Shown: positions 1 through 13,880, counted from the first letter of the stretch. The stretch is 64,000 bases of DNA from the human T2T-CHM13v2.0 reference genome, Homo sapiens (GCF_009914755.1 NC_060931.1); one strand, 5' to 3'. The notes: a model not told the origin generated them from the letters alone. Program-made: numbers and translations.

Positions 1-429
1 ATATAAAAGTAAAAAAAAAAAAAAAAGTCTAATGAGCCATATAGATCCACTATCCAGTTCCTACAATGATCAAATCAAGACCTGTCTTCCATATCCCCAC
101 CCACCCTCCCACTTTGGACTATTTTGCACCAGATTCTAGACATCATATCATTTGCTTATAAATCTTTTGGCATGAATCTCTAAAAGAAAGGGAATGCTAT
201 GTAGATAAGGTAGTCAAGGAAGGTGGCTCTAAGGAGGTGATCTGGGAGAATGGGAAAAAGAGTTCCACTGGTGGAAACAGCAAAGCAAACAGCTGAGGTA
301 GTTGAGGATCTGCAAAAAGGCCAGTCGGACTATCCCAGAGGGAATGAGGAGGAGAGAGGACTCAATCCTAAAACAGCAATATGACCAGAAGTTCCTAGAA
401 GGAATACAATTATTACAGCAAAACTTATA

Positions 430-650
430 TGGGGCTTATTATATGGCAGGAGCTCTTCTAGTATTTTGCCTATATTATCTCATATATTCTTCACAACAAC
501 CCTACAATGTCATTACAACTATTATAATCCCATTTTACTACAACTAAAGAAACAGACACAGAGATGTGCAGCTAACTACGGGCAGCCTCAGAATTTGAAC
601 TGAGGCAATCTAGTTCCATATTTCAAGTTCTTAATCGTTTCACTGTGCTG
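430..650. mobile_element. MIR SINE relic
   Basis: Degenerate MIR core (cttcacaacaaccctac...atcccatttta...gaaacagacacagaga...gaatttgaac); boundaries approximate. Confidence 0.55.
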
Positions 651-962
651 CTTCCACTTTCAAGGTAGAATGGTGCATTAATTGCAAGACACATTTCTGA
701 GCAACTCTGTGCTGCCTCTTCCAGATCTCTCTAAACCACCACCCCTTCTCCCACTGACCCCTAACCCCAGATTGCCGCCCCCTCCAGGTCTGGATACTGC
801 TTCCTGGCCAGCTTATTTTTTCCTACTTCCCTTCTCTTCCCACCCAAATTTTTTTCCCTGTTAGCTATACTCCCTATGAGGGTGGAGAACATGTCAGTCT
901 GTCATTCGCACTGTATCCCCTCACACAATGCCCAAAACATAGTGGGTACTGAATAAATGCTC

Positions 963-1960
963 GGTCCCACAAGACTGACCCCCACTTCAGCTGCCTGTTG
1001 CAAGTAGGGGGTCCCCAGATTACCCACACTTCTGTCCGACTTGGCTACAAATTGGAGATTCCCACCATTCCCTCCTCATGCACAATAATTTGCTGTAATG
1101 GGTCACAGAATAGAGGGAAACATGATTATCAGTTTATTATAAAGGATACAAATGAGTGATCAAATGAAGAGACACATAAAGCAAGGTCTGGGTTGGGCCC
1201 AGTGGCTCACACGTATAATCCCAGTGCTTTGGAAGGCTGAGGCAGGAGGATCACTGGAGCCCAGGAGTTTGAGACCAGACTGGGCAATGCAGCAAGACCC
1301 TATGGCTACAAAATCAGAAAAAGGCAGGAGAGGTGGCATGAACCTATAGTCCCACATACTTGGGAGGCTGAGGTGGGAGGATGGCTTCAGCCCCAGAGTT
1401 CGAGGCCACAGTGAATTAGGATTGGACCACAGGACTCCAGCCTGGGCAACAAAGGGAGACCCTGTCTCAAGAATGTAACAAAAAAAAAAAAAAAGAAAGA
1501 AAAAGAAAAGAAAGGTCTCAAGGGGTCCAGAGTGCAGGAGCTTCTGTCGCCAGGGAGTTTGGGGTGTACCACCCTCCCAGCCCATGGATACATTCACCAA
1601 AGAGAAACTCTCCAAATCTGTTGTATAGGGTTCCATTATGAAGACATGATTGCTGAAATCATTGGCCACTGGTGATTAGCTCAGTCCCCAGCCTCTCTTC
1701 CCTCTCCTTCGTTCGGGAGTGGGGCTGCAAGTTCTATCCCCATAGTCACAGGGTTTGGCTACTCTACCAGCCAGGTCGAATTCTCCTAGAGCCACCTCAT
1801 TAGCATAAACTTGGGTGTGGTTGAAAGAGGGCTTCTTAAGAATAACAAAAGATGTTTTTCCTACCCCTATTACTCAGAAATTCCAAGGGTTTAGGAGTTC
1901 TGTGTCAGGAACCAAGGATGAAGACAAAATATATATTTCTTATTATGTCACAAAATGATA
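963..1960 (-). mobile_element. MER21-family ERV LTR, interrupted by an AluJ
   Basis: Matches recalled MER21 consensus (ataatttgct..cacagaa..ataaaggata..gcaaggtctgg; ccaggaaccaaggatgaagac..atatatttcttatt). Clearly homologous to the second copy at 55651-56325. Confidence 0.7.
1191..1512 (+). mobile_element. AluJ SINE
   Basis: Dimeric Alu with heavy divergence and J-type ggaggatcactggagcccaggagtttgag; A-rich tail; aaggtct on both flanks. Confidence 0.92.
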
Positions 1961-1989
1961 TGTTCCACCCAGATCCCCTGGAATCCCTC

Positions 1990-2285
1990 TTTTTCCATGA
2001 GTTGCCCCCACACCTTGGGCTTTCAATGACCTGCATCTGAAGGCTTTCTTCCAAGGACTCCCTCAGGCTCCAGGATCCATTTGACCCCAAGAGCAAAGGG
2101 CCAGCAGTGCCTGAGCATTGCCAACCCTCATCTTCACCCCACGGGCTGTTAACCAAGGACTGTCAGGTATAGGGTATGACAGCCCAGCTTCCTTCCCATA
2201 GGGTGGGACAACGCTGAGACCCTACAAACACTCCAGAGCCTCGAGCTGGGTCAGTTTTCCTCCCTTCCCTTTTCTGTTTCTGGGA
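1990..2285. mobile_element. Probable LTR16-like (ERVL) LTR fragment
   Basis: Motif cagcccagcttccttccc..ggtgggacaac.ctgag resembles recalled LTR16 consensus; boundaries uncertain. Confidence 0.4.
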
Positions 2286-2461
2286 AAGCTGACCAAAAAC
2301 CTTAGGTTACCTTAAAAATTCCTCTGTTAGCCAATATGGCTGTATATTGGAACACTCACAGAAAATTACTATACTTCCAATTTTACCATTAAGTGAAAAT
2401 AAAATATAATTAATTCTGAAACTATACCAAAATCATGGGATTTTACATTGGTGAGTCAAAG

Positions 2462-2784
2462 CGTTGTAGGACTATCTCCTTAGTTCAGCTAAAGATGAGG
2501 TCCTTGTCATACAGCCATGAAAAATTAGGACCACAGACAATTTGAAGGGTGAGATAAACAGGATTTATTGGGCAAAAAGGGAAACAGGGACTCTCTGCAA
2601 AGCCAGAGTCCCTGCTGGTGCACTTCCTGATTGAATCCCAGCTTCCACCCAGGAAGAGGAGGGGCCAGGCTCCTCCCTGCTGCAAACAGCGTGGATTTCT
2701 GTGGCTCCACCCCAGTGCACATTCTTCCCAGTGCGCAGGCTGGTTAGTGTTTCTCTGGGGACTCCTTTCCACCTGGCTGTCTCA
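2462..2784 (-). mobile_element. Solo ERV1 LTR, MER61-like, with 4-bp TSD
   Basis: Minus strand begins TGAGACAGCCAGGTGGAAAGG and ends GTCCTACAACG (CA terminus mutated). Internal AATAAA. AAAG is duplicated at 2458-2461 and 2785-2788. Confidence 0.75.
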
Positions 2785-4544
2785 AAAGGTATTTTAGGAT
2801 GTTGCAGTGCCTCAGAGGCATCTCTCAATCTCAAGCACCCCAGCCCCAAAAATCTCTCAGCAGTGGTCAATGGAGACAGTTGGCAGAGAGTGGGAAGGTC
2901 AGCATCTAACACATTGCCACCACTACAGGGAAGGGTGGGCAGACAGTGAGCAGCAAATCCTGGCTCAATACTGGAACTCACAAAACAGGTTTTCTAACTG
3001 TTATGAGGGTGTTGTTATAACACAACAATAATGATGAGACCCAGGGGGAAAATTTAGTAGGATAAAACACACATCAACCACGTTGTTGAGATAAATATGG
3101 TCACTCTTCCAGTATTTGTCTACTGATAATTTCTTGACTTTTTAAGAGAAGACTTGAGGGTAAGATGTGGAAGTACTGATTTGGTTAGAAGAATCCCAAG
3201 GAACCAAGAGACACTTTTTCATACACATAGGAAAAGTCAAGGTCCTAATGTATGTAAATGAACTCAAAAGCTGCATTTGCCCTGCTGTTTCTAGGCATCC
3301 ACGGCCGAGTCATTTCAAACCTTAAATGAAGAGTGAATAGTGATGAATGCGTTTATGAATATCCTCATTTGAAAACAATGACACCGTAGTCCCAGGGTTC
3401 TAAATTGAAAAGTTAGTAGCAAAAAAGAGCTGCTCCAAAATCCATACTCTATAAAATCCACATAGCTCATGAGGAGAATGATAGAACTATAGATCATGGG
3501 CAATTATGCTCCAAAGAAAGGTTTTGAGGCAGCTGCATTCATAAGTCCCTCTTAGAATGAAGACATAAACATAGGAATATAATACCATAGCTAAATTGCC
3601 TCATCATGCTGCCGTATTTTTGTACATGAGATTTATAATAATAGAATCATATAATCAGCCCATTTGCATGACAAATATTATGACTACTAATGTTCAGATT
3701 TAAGGAAACTGAATTCTTTTCAGGATACAAACTATGCATCTTTCAGAGAAAGAGAATATGGGACATGACTTAGAGAAAAACTTTCTTCCATCATGTGATA
3801 CTATGTATGGTGACATCCATATGACATCATCTAAGGGTGCTCCCTAGGGAGACTTTATCAAAGCTTTTTTTCTCATCACCATTTAGTGTACACAGACAGC
3901 AAGGAGATGCACAAAGTATATAGATTTGGAAATATGGATTTATTCTCATTATGAGATGAGCACCAAATATCCATATTGATATGTAGACATAGAAATAAAT
4001 CACTGTAAATCCTAAAGGAATTTTTTTTTTTTGCAAATCTTTTTCCTGCATTCCCTCACTATCAAATCAGCAACTGTGAGATGGACTCATTCACAATATT
4101 TTGACATGAGGCAGGAATTAGACTCCAAAATGGGTGCCCTTATGGAAACCTAACGAATGTTGCAAACTAAGGATGAGGAAAACGTACTATAAATAAGGTA
4201 ATGTCTTCTCTTGCTGTCACCTGCTGACCCTGGCTTCAGACTCTAGGCACTACTTTCTCTACAGATGAGCTAATCCCATCAAATAGGACAGGCCCAAGAC
4301 AAGCAGATGAAGCCCTGTTTTAAATACTTGTTGCTTATGCTCTCTACTCTAAAATACTTTTACACATTCTTCAAGCTGATCTTTTTTTATAAGAAAAAAA
4401 AGTAAAATAAAATTGCTCTAAAAATAGGGAATAGTTACCCATGTTCCTATTATTTCCAAAGAAAAAAGATATTTATGGAGGTGAGTTCTAATTCCAAGTT
4501 GATTAATTCAAAATCTTCATGCACAGTATAAACCATCAGAACAT

Positions 4545-4720
4545 TAGCTACCATTTATTAAGAAAATAATGTATGCTAGGTATTAATCTAAAACTTTTGA
4601 GTGCATTATCTCATTTAATTCTCATCCTAACCCTGTGTGTGATATTCTTTTCATACCCATTTTACCCCTAAGAAAATGAAGTGTGGTTTACTTAAAGTCA
4701 CAAACCAAGGCAGTCTGTTT
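4545..4720. mobile_element. MIR SINE relic
   Basis: agctaccatttatt..tgcattatctcatttaattctcatcctaaccctgtg..cccattttac..gaaaatgaag. Confidence 0.6.
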
Positions 4721-6211
4721 TCAGAGCTGATGCCCTCAGCTGCATTAATGGGTGAGCAGGGGAATGTGAGGCTTGGAGCCCTTCCTCACTGGCATAAAAC
4801 TACTTCAAAAAATTATTCTGTTGTTGTATTCTCTAAAATTCCAGGGAGGAGAAAACTGTCTTAAGATATCAATGCTTCTCTTAGTGGGATTTAGACTCCA
4901 GAAGTAGAACTTGATGTATTCAAGGCCCAGAATCCATTTGTATACAACATAAGAACTCTAGCCCTCTGCAAATCCTTCCTTTAGAAAGCTTCCACATTTA
5001 TCAACAAGCATACACCAGAATTCATCATGTCTTTTAAGCTAGTCTGTTGAAAACAAGACCATGTATTACAGTCAGACTTCATTTGGGCCATCCTTTGCTG
5101 GTTAGGTACATTGGCAGTGAAAGATCTGAAGGCATAAACTTGGCAGCAGCTTCAAAATATCCAGTTGGTCCCGGAACAATAACATGCTCATTATGTGCAT
5201 TTATTGTTCCTGGGTTCCCTGCTGTCCAAATCTACCCGGAGTCTCCAATCAAGAAATATCGATAGGAGCAGTGCTAACATGATATGACTGGGGACAATAC
5301 AGAGTGACATGACCCGAGGTGATGAGAAGAACACGTGTGGTTTCCTGACCAACCCCTTCACTTCCCTCCCACATATTTTAATGCATATTACATCCCTGCC
5401 TTGGCAGTCACAGACAGAGAAGCCAAAAGATATGTATGTATAAAGTTACATCCATCAACACCACCAGTGGTCCTCCTGGAATGCCGTCAGCTTACAGATT
5501 GGCTTGCACCCACTGTCTGTGCACACCACACTCCGTGACTGTGGTTCTAGCTCTAGTTCTACAGGAACAGCAGGGCATCTCCCCAGAACCCAGACAACTT
5601 CCACAAAGACCTACTGGAATGACGGTAGGAAGTAAAAGAGTCATCTGAGTTGGCATTTGCTTCATTAAGAGGGAAAGGCAGCAAAAAGAGGACCAAATTA
5701 GGTTTTAAGCTAGGACCAGAATACAGAGGAAATAAACATTAAAAATAAGCCAAACCTATATATTTGTGGTTGCCAAGGCAGCCATCCAAAGCAGTTGAAA
5801 TATATCCATTTCTGACCCCAAAACACAAAAGCTTAGAAGCCCACTTTTAAGTAGAGACTTTGTTTTGTATTCAGAATAATTGTTTATCCTTTATGCAATA
5901 CCTGAATTTGCAGCAAACTGCATGGGACTATATCTGAACAACACACTAGTGTCCTAAATGTAGGAAATTCTCAATCTATGCTATTTGGTATCCAGAGAAT
6001 AATTCTATAATTTCCTATATGAATTTTTGATCAACATAGATGTTAGGGAAATGCCTTGCAATTAATAAAAAATATTTTCTTTTCATTAAATATAAATAAT
6101 TGTCTATCTTTTTCAGAGAGCATTCTGTATGTAGATACTTAAATTGTTCACCCAAAATTCATGGACCAAATCCATAGTCAACATTAAGATCCAACTGAAC
6201 ATAATTTAATC

Positions 6212-7960
6212 ATTTGTTGAGGATGAAGAAGTTTATTTTGAGATATTCCTGAAACTCAAGAAATTCATTATGATTTCAACTTGTATTGCATGAAAGAAAT
6301 GCAAACATGGCAATTGACAGATGACCTAAAAATATTGTACCAATGGGCAGTGTCTGTACCGGCAGTTCGGAGACAGTATTTCCCAAGCAGTCTTCTCACT
6401 TCAGAAGTTAAAAAAAAAAAGAACACATTATGAACTCTTCTCACTTTAGGTAGTCTACAAACAAGGAGAGTTACTTCTGGATGCATAGTTACCCCACCTA
6501 TCCTTTAAAGACATACTCCAAAAATCAAAATCAAGACCAACCTGAATTTTAAATCCCATGGTGGTAGTCTGGGATAAGACAGGGTTTCTCTTTAGGCTGA
6601 TGAGTGAGAATTTTTTTCTCCTTAAAAAGAAAATCATTATTGTCTTTTAGGAGAGAGATAAAGGCAAAAGACATAAAGTAATCAACTTAAAATGGATTCT
6701 CATTTTTTTAAAAAAATGTGCTGGGTCAGCAGAATTACTGAAGAACAGTTGTGTGAAATTTAGTTATAAATGAATAAAGAAACCGATAAGATAAAGATAC
6801 CACATTAATGAAAAAATAGTTATTAAATTCCTGTCCTTTTTGATGTTTTCTCTGATAATTAATATTTCCTTCTTCATAAGATAGTATAATCTCTAGGCAA
6901 ATTTCCAAAGAAATTAAGAAATAAAATATGATTTGAAGGGAAGAAGGAAAAGAGAGAGAGAGAAGAGAGACTGAGACAAAAAATGAAGAAAGGAAAGTTT
7001 TAAAAGTGGCATTTTTAGAAGAGCTTCCAAGACTTGAATTAGGTATGGCATTAATTTTTTTCCACCTAGTCTTAGTCGTGGCAGGTTTCTGAAAAAATGC
7101 AGGAATTTCATGGATGTGGGAACTGGTGATGGAAAATGCATTATTTCCAACACAACAATTGTTGTACTTGAGAGAAACTATATGGGGAAAAAAATAACAC
7201 CCTAGAATAAATACAAATGAAATTCATGTATCAAAACCAATACTGTGAAAATAGTTTAAATGTTTCTTGAATTTATATCTAGTCATTAACCTAAATGCAG
7301 ATTTTAGTTGAAGCCACACTTCTGCCTCATGGTCAGAAGGCCTGAAAACCTGTGGCGTGGAAAATTGGCAGGAAGGAGAATATTGAATTGGTCTCCATGG
7401 CAAAACAGATTTTGGCAGCCATAACCTCCTCCCCGGCAGGTCTCTCTCCCACTCTCTCTTTCTTCCTCCCTGTTTCACTCTTGTCCCAGGAAAGAGGCTG
7501 AGGAAAGACCATGTATCAGCTACAACAGCAAGCAGTTGTCAATCTGACCATTCATCGAACAACCTTTCTCATTGGCATTGAATCCTGTGGTTTAGGTTAA
7601 AGCCCCAAAATTGTCGCAGCCCTAGACTCACCCTCTGAGAGCACGGAGGCCATAAATTCCATTTCTACTGGCTTTGGTTTCCTTCTCCCCTCAAACAAGA
7701 AAGTGGGGTGGAACACCTGCCTCGCTCGATGTCCCTGAAAGAAACTGCAATTCACAAATGGAAATGATAAATTCATTCTTAGAAATCCTAAAAATCTATT
7801 CCTCTCTTTCCCCGATCCCCATCCTGTTTACTCTCCTATTCTGTCTGGTTACCTCAGGGAAAGCAGATATTTCCTGAGTTTTATTTAGTCTAGAGGGCTT
7901 CTGCGAAATCATTTCTCCACCCCAGAAGGTCCTAACAGCCCACCTCACCCCTGAAGTTCA
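6212..7960 (-). ncRNA. POU6F2-AS1: Candidate spliced antisense lncRNA (likely POU6F2-AS1); ends approximate
   Basis: Minus-strand donors GAG|GTAACC (7852) and AGG|GTGAGT (7631), pyrimidine-rich acceptors (7089, 6971) and AATAAA at 6237-6232. I also recall an annotated antisense RNA just upstream of this exon (not verified). Confidence 0.45.
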
Positions 7961-8039
7961 GGCTCGTTCCCTCCTGGGCTAGCCCTAAACCCAGACTCCA
8001 CCAAGCTCCCCAACATTTTCCTTCCAGCCCTTTTCCATC

Positions 8040-8200
8040 ATCCCCCTACCCCAGAGCTTCCGGGGGAATGTTCGCCACGCCCCTCCGGTGGGTTCCAGGC
8101 CCTTTGCATGAGCGAATTGAGGCGAGAACTACCTCCCCAGAGTCAATGTTGTGTCCGTGTGCTGTGCCTGTGCCTCTCGGTGGTTTTCACGGTGATCTTT
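8040..8200. promoter_or_regulatory. Small CpG-enriched promoter-like patch
   Basis: About 10 CpGs in ~150 bp against a CpG-depleted background; SP/KLF motif GCCACGCCC at 8074-8082. Confidence 0.45.
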
Positions 8201-8213
8201 TCTCTCTTTGCAG

Positions 8214-8354
8214 CTGGTTAATAATCCACTAGCAAGTCAGGCTGCAGCGGCTGCAGCAGCCATGAGCTCCATAGCAAGCTCACAGGCCTTTGGCAATGCC
8301 CTCTCCAGTCTTCAGGGGGTCACAGGTCAACTAGTTACTAATGCACAAGGACAG
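8214..8354 (+). CDS. POU6F2: POU6F2 internal coding exon (141 nt, phase 0-0): LVNNPLASQAAAAAAAMSSIASSQAFGNALSSLQGVTGQLVTNAQGQ
   Basis: Acceptor cttttctctctttgcag|CTG and donor CAG|gtgagt; open frame; joins in frame to 34656; peptide recognised as POU6F2. Confidence 0.95.
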
Positions 8355-11300
8355 GTGAGTGGGAGATGGGAACAAGAGTGCATTTTTATGGCAGATTGAA
8401 CTCGGAAAGGAATTGAATTTCTTTTGCATGACAGTGATATGTAACCGCATCTATTCGAGGCAAATAAATAATGTTTACTAGCAATGTCAAGAATAGGAGA
8501 AGGGTTGGGAGGTGTTTCTATGTTTTAGAAGCAAGATTTTTTTCCTACCTCTAGATTGTCAAAGTTTTATTTTGTTTTTATCTCTGTACTATGACTCATG
8601 TTATGACCTTATATGAAGAAGTTACTTTGCATTACAGGGGGCATTCTTTCAAAAAGAAAAAAGTTACATCTTAAAAATAAAATGTCAGTTTTGCTTTTTT
8701 TTACTTTTCACTTAAGGAAAAACTTGGATAATGAGGGAAACTGATCAGTTTCCTTCCATAATTGCTGTGAGAGAGATATCAAAATTAGTCTTAACAAAGC
8801 CAATTTTTGAATGTATGGGAAGGTGATGAAGAAGTCTTGTAAAAGCAACAAAGAAAAGGGGTGAGTTAGAATGAAGCCAATTGCAAGTCAGCCCCATGGT
8901 CCCTGGCCTCCTGCCAATTCCTACGGAAGCCAGGCAACCTCTGGCATGCTTGTTGATTTACTTCAGTATGTCAGGGGTAGTAAACTTTCCTCATGTCATG
9001 AGAGAGGGTCTGTCCCCTCAACGCTGCTAATGTGCCACATAATGTTCATACTAGATCCTGGAAGAGCTTCAGACAACCCAATAAACCCAAAAGCTGCATA
9101 AAAAGCAAACGAGATGAAGCTGATGATGTCGGGGTACCCTCCATCTGAAGGCCTGTCTCAGAGCCCAGTGGTTAGGACACTTGGTTCTCCAGTGTGACTG
9201 ATCATGAAATCCAAGGGAGAAGGAGCTAGCATTCTCACAAAGACTTTTCCCCCCAGCCTTATCTATTTGCCCAGCAGTGTGTTTGCATACTCCCTGCTTG
9301 GCCTGTTCTGTGGAGAGCAGGCATTTTGATGTCTTGAACCCTGTTTTTATTTTACATAAAGAGTAAACAAAGATGCATTATAAGCTAAATCGTCTCTGTC
9401 TACATTCCAGGGAAAAAAAGCTGACCTTGTTTTATTTCCTGGGCGGGTGTGGGATTGTCCCGTCAGAACCCCGAGGGCTGAACGATGGAGCTTGTCAAAG
9501 AGAGGCCCCATGTAATGAATCATCTTATCACAGGTGCACACCGCACATATTAAAGGAGGGTTGTATGAACACTGTGCCCTCTACAGTAACCTTTCAATGT
9601 CTGCTTTAACCCTTGTTCCAATCCCTTTTCATCAAAGGATCATTTTATGCAGCCGGCTCTAAATGGAGGCTCTCAAAAGCCTATTAAGATTTCTGGAGGG
9701 ACGGGGTATTGGTGTAGAGGAAAAGTTGGTTTTAATGTCTATAACTCATACTCACATCAGGTCGCTGCTTCGTAGAGCTGTGCCCAGAAATAGGACACCC
9801 TGCCTCACTCCTGCCAGGGAGCTGGCCCTTGAGATGTAAATTTTAGGAGTTCAAGATAGAAACCATATCCACCGACAGATATTTCCTTCTGATTTTTTTG
9901 TTCCTACATCTAAGTAAAATACACTGATATGCTCCATCACTTGAATACTTGTGATGCAGAAAATCCATTATTATTTAGAAGGAATTATTAGGAGTTTATT
10001 CTTCTGATGATTTAAGGGCTGATTACTTTGCCAATTAGATATTCTCAGGAGCTAGAGTTACTACACTTGCTTTTTTTGGCCTTTGCCAAACCCCAGGGAT
10101 AGCTTTCCCAGCCCATAAGTACCCATTAGAAAATGATCTTCCAAGTAGAAGATTGATTGGTACTGTGCATACATTGAATAAGAGTTGACTTTAAAATATC
10201 TTATTTTAGAAACTGTGGTATGATCGTTTATTTGATGTGGCATACAAACCTCTTAAAGTGGAAAAAAAATTACATTCACAGAGAAATCAATAATGCCTAC
10301 TCATGAAATCTTAAGTTTTAACACATGTGCCCAATGGGGTCATGTCTTCCACCTAGTGCAGAAACAGTTCAAGAGTTAAAATACTCAAACTTCCAGTGGA
10401 TAATTGGCCATATTCATGTAGTGATATGGTTGGTTTTGTTTGTTTGTTTTTTGTTTTTTTGATGTTCAGAATATAAACCCGGTTATCTTCCCAGGAAATG
10501 GTGCATGTCCTACAACTGTTGGCACAGAGATACTTGTGTGACCCTATGAAGTGAGGTGAACAGCCTGTGGTCAAATTACACCAAAAGAGATAGGCAAAAA
10601 TTTTGTGTTTTTTGTTTGTGTGTGTGCATATTCCTTTGGCTTATGTTAATGTGGCACAAAAGGTAGCAATACATTGGAACCAGATTCTTACAATTAGCCT
10701 TTCTCAAAATACCATGTAAAGTAGGATTACTCCACCCAGCCCATTTTCAATTTCTTAAAAATCTGCATAGCACTTTCCCAGAAAAGGTACAAAGAGAAAA
10801 CTCTGAATATGTTTAAAGATTCTTTCACTTGAGTTCTTGACATCAACTATTGTTTACATTTGGAAGTTCACCCAAGAGTAATCACGTTAAAACCTAAACC
10901 TAAGTGTGGAAAGCATGTTTTACTCTACTGATAGTTTGGTGAGGTTAGGTTTGTTGAGAAGGGTGGGGTGAGATGGGGGTTCTCTTATCAGAAATGTTCT
11001 GATCCTCCCCTTCCTCTAGATTCTTTTGGCTACCCGGAAACAAAAAGCAAGATTCATTAGTTAAGACTTTGAATTCAGACCTACCTGGGATTGAGTTTAG
11101 GCCCCACCTCTTTCTAGTTTTATGATCTTGGAGCCATGACTTAACCTACCTAAGCCATAGTTTCATTCTTAATGTTCAAATGGAACCCACATGAGGCAGC
11201 CACGAGACATACCCAGTGTCTCACAGGGCCCACAGCCTATGCCAGTGGTGCACTTTTGCAGGGCAAGCAGTCCTAAGGCTGGGCAGATGTCCTCGGCTGG

Positions 11301-11636
11301 GCAGATGTCCACCCCACGTGGGGAGACATGCCAGAATCTTCCGTCAGGGTCTTGGCCCTCAACTCTCAACAGAAAGAAATCCCCCCTCCTGGGACTTGGC
11401 AGTTTTGCTTCCCTATCTTGGCATCTGACTCTGTTTCTGTTAACTGGATATCAGTAAATTTAAAGAGATAGGAAATCTCCATATATTGAAGAATTTTATT
11501 ACTGCTCCTTTTTTTCCCCAACCAGTAGTTATTTTGAGCAAACATGGAGGAAAAACTTCAGTTGTTTTTGTAACTTTCTAACCCCACCCATTCGTGTGTC
11601 ATTCATTCAAAGAACAGGCACTATTCAATAGAGTTA

Positions 11637-11969
<333 letters not shown>

Positions 11970-12169
11970 TTAAAGGCTCTAAAGTTATATAGTACCCGAC
12001 TCCACTCTGAGGTGGGAAGGTAGCATGTGTCCTCCTGAAATTAGTAGTCATGAAATTGATCATGACTATGGCATTGCTGAGAAAAACATCCTAGTTCTCT
12101 TTGTTTACTGGATCTGGAAATCATGCAAGTGTGGCAGGTGGGCAATGGAACGGGTGCTAGCTGTGGACT

Positions 12170-12670
12170 TGTTTGAATTCCAGGTTGGCCCATAACTGGC
12201 TCTGTGACGTCGGGCAAATTACTTGAGCTCTCTGAGCCTCGGTTTTGCCAATTATAAAGTAAGGATAATAAAATCTAAGCTCCTAGGTTATGAAGATTAA
12301 ATGAGATAATGTGTGGGGAAAGCCTACCACAGTGCCTGAGTACACAGGTATTCTCAGTAAATGATTGCATAATTATCATCATCATCATTGTTAAGAGTTT
12401 TGACTCATAGTTTCCGGAAAGCTATATTTGATCTGGACATGCAGCAAGAGGCAGTACAGTGTACAAGCAAAAAGAAAGAGTTCTGGAGCCAGACTGCCAT
12501 CCACCAGCTGTGAGACTGGGCAGTTTCCTTATTCTGTGCTTCAATTTCTTCATCTGAAAAATGGAGATAATAGTAACACCGGGTCCTAGGACTAAAGTCC
12601 TGAGAATGGCATCAGGCACATAATCATCACTCAATAATGCTATCATCCAATAAATGCTACCTATTAATCA
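12170..12670. mobile_element. Two adjacent MIR relics
   Basis: Two MIR cores (gggcaaattacttgagctctctgagcctcggtttt; ctgtgcttcaatttcttcatctgaaaaatggagataatagta). Confidence 0.65.
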
Positions 12671-13679
12671 AGATGGTATGTGTTTTCAGTTCATAACTGT
12701 GCACAAAAACCCATGCTGAAGTCTGTGTATGTGTGAGGAGTTTGAGAATGTGAAAATCTTAGTAGTAGGACATTAAGTTATTTTAAGGAAATCTTACCCT
12801 TATCTTGGATAGTTCGGCAGGGAGGAGGGAAAATGTGAGTGTATATATGTGCTCTTAACACTTATTCAGTGGGTATGTTCAAGATTTGGCAAGTAGATTT
12901 ACTATCGATTTGTTCAGCTATAGAATTGGCTTCCCTGGTGCCCCTGGCAATATCTCCTTATTGGCGTTATTGCAGAAAAGTAAAAGCAAATGAAATTTTA
13001 TTATATACTGGTGCTAAAGAAAGCATTCTACATTTTAACTGAAGCTCAGAATGTTTCCTGATGAAATTAAGTCCTAGACCACTGTGAAATTTTCTTAAGT
13101 GGCAGCAAGTAAAGTCAAATGCGTTTGTCCTTAAAAAGCCAGTCAAGGGGGGGGAAGTCAACTAAACACTATTATTTCAATGTATTAAAAAGAAGGAAAA
13201 GTAAAGAGACTTACCTAGTCAGGTTACTCAAGAACGCACATACATATGACAGCTGAGCAGAGTTGGTTTGGTGAGATTTGGAAGGATTTTCTGGATCTGT
13301 GTAGGATAGGGGCTGCCTCCTAAAATGACCACAAGGCCGTGATGAAAGAAAAGCAATCAAATGGTTCTAACAGTAGCCTATGCATTATGACCTAGAGGAT
13401 ATGCCTTTGATTGTACAAAACCATTGATTGCCACTCAACTCTATTCAAAAGCTCTAGGCTGGAGAGGGGTGGATGGAGAGGCAGGAACACCACCAGCATC
13501 ATAGATGGACACATCAACTGGAAGGCCATCCCAATGTCATCACTTTCAAACATGGTTAAAAATACGTATCTTAGAATTGAAGCAACATGACGTTCAGATG
13601 GAGATGTTGCTCTGGGTTGTAATAAGACAAATAACATCTCCAGAGAGCAAGAGAGTAGCTAAAAGAATGGACTTTTATT

Positions 13680-13880
13680 GGAACCCAAACACTGTCACTT
13701 CTTAGTTGTGTGGACCTTGGATATGTTATAAAACCTTTTTCTGGGCCTCTGTTTCCTCACCAGTAAAACAGGAATGATAGGCTTCTCACATATATTTGTT
13801 GCGGGGTTAAATGTGGTAGAAAAAGTGCTTGGCACAGTGCCTGATATATGCCATAAGCATTTAATAAATCATGGCTATTC
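13680..13880. mobile_element. MIR relic
   Basis: tgtgtggaccttgga..ctgggcctctgtttcctcaccagtaaaacagga..cttggcacagtgcctg. Confidence 0.6.

Noticed and set aside
1152-1669. Alu-overlapping ORFs here and at 11634, 14272-14650, 16665-17062, 20070, 41100, 45752 and 54378
   Set aside because: Standard Alu translation artefacts
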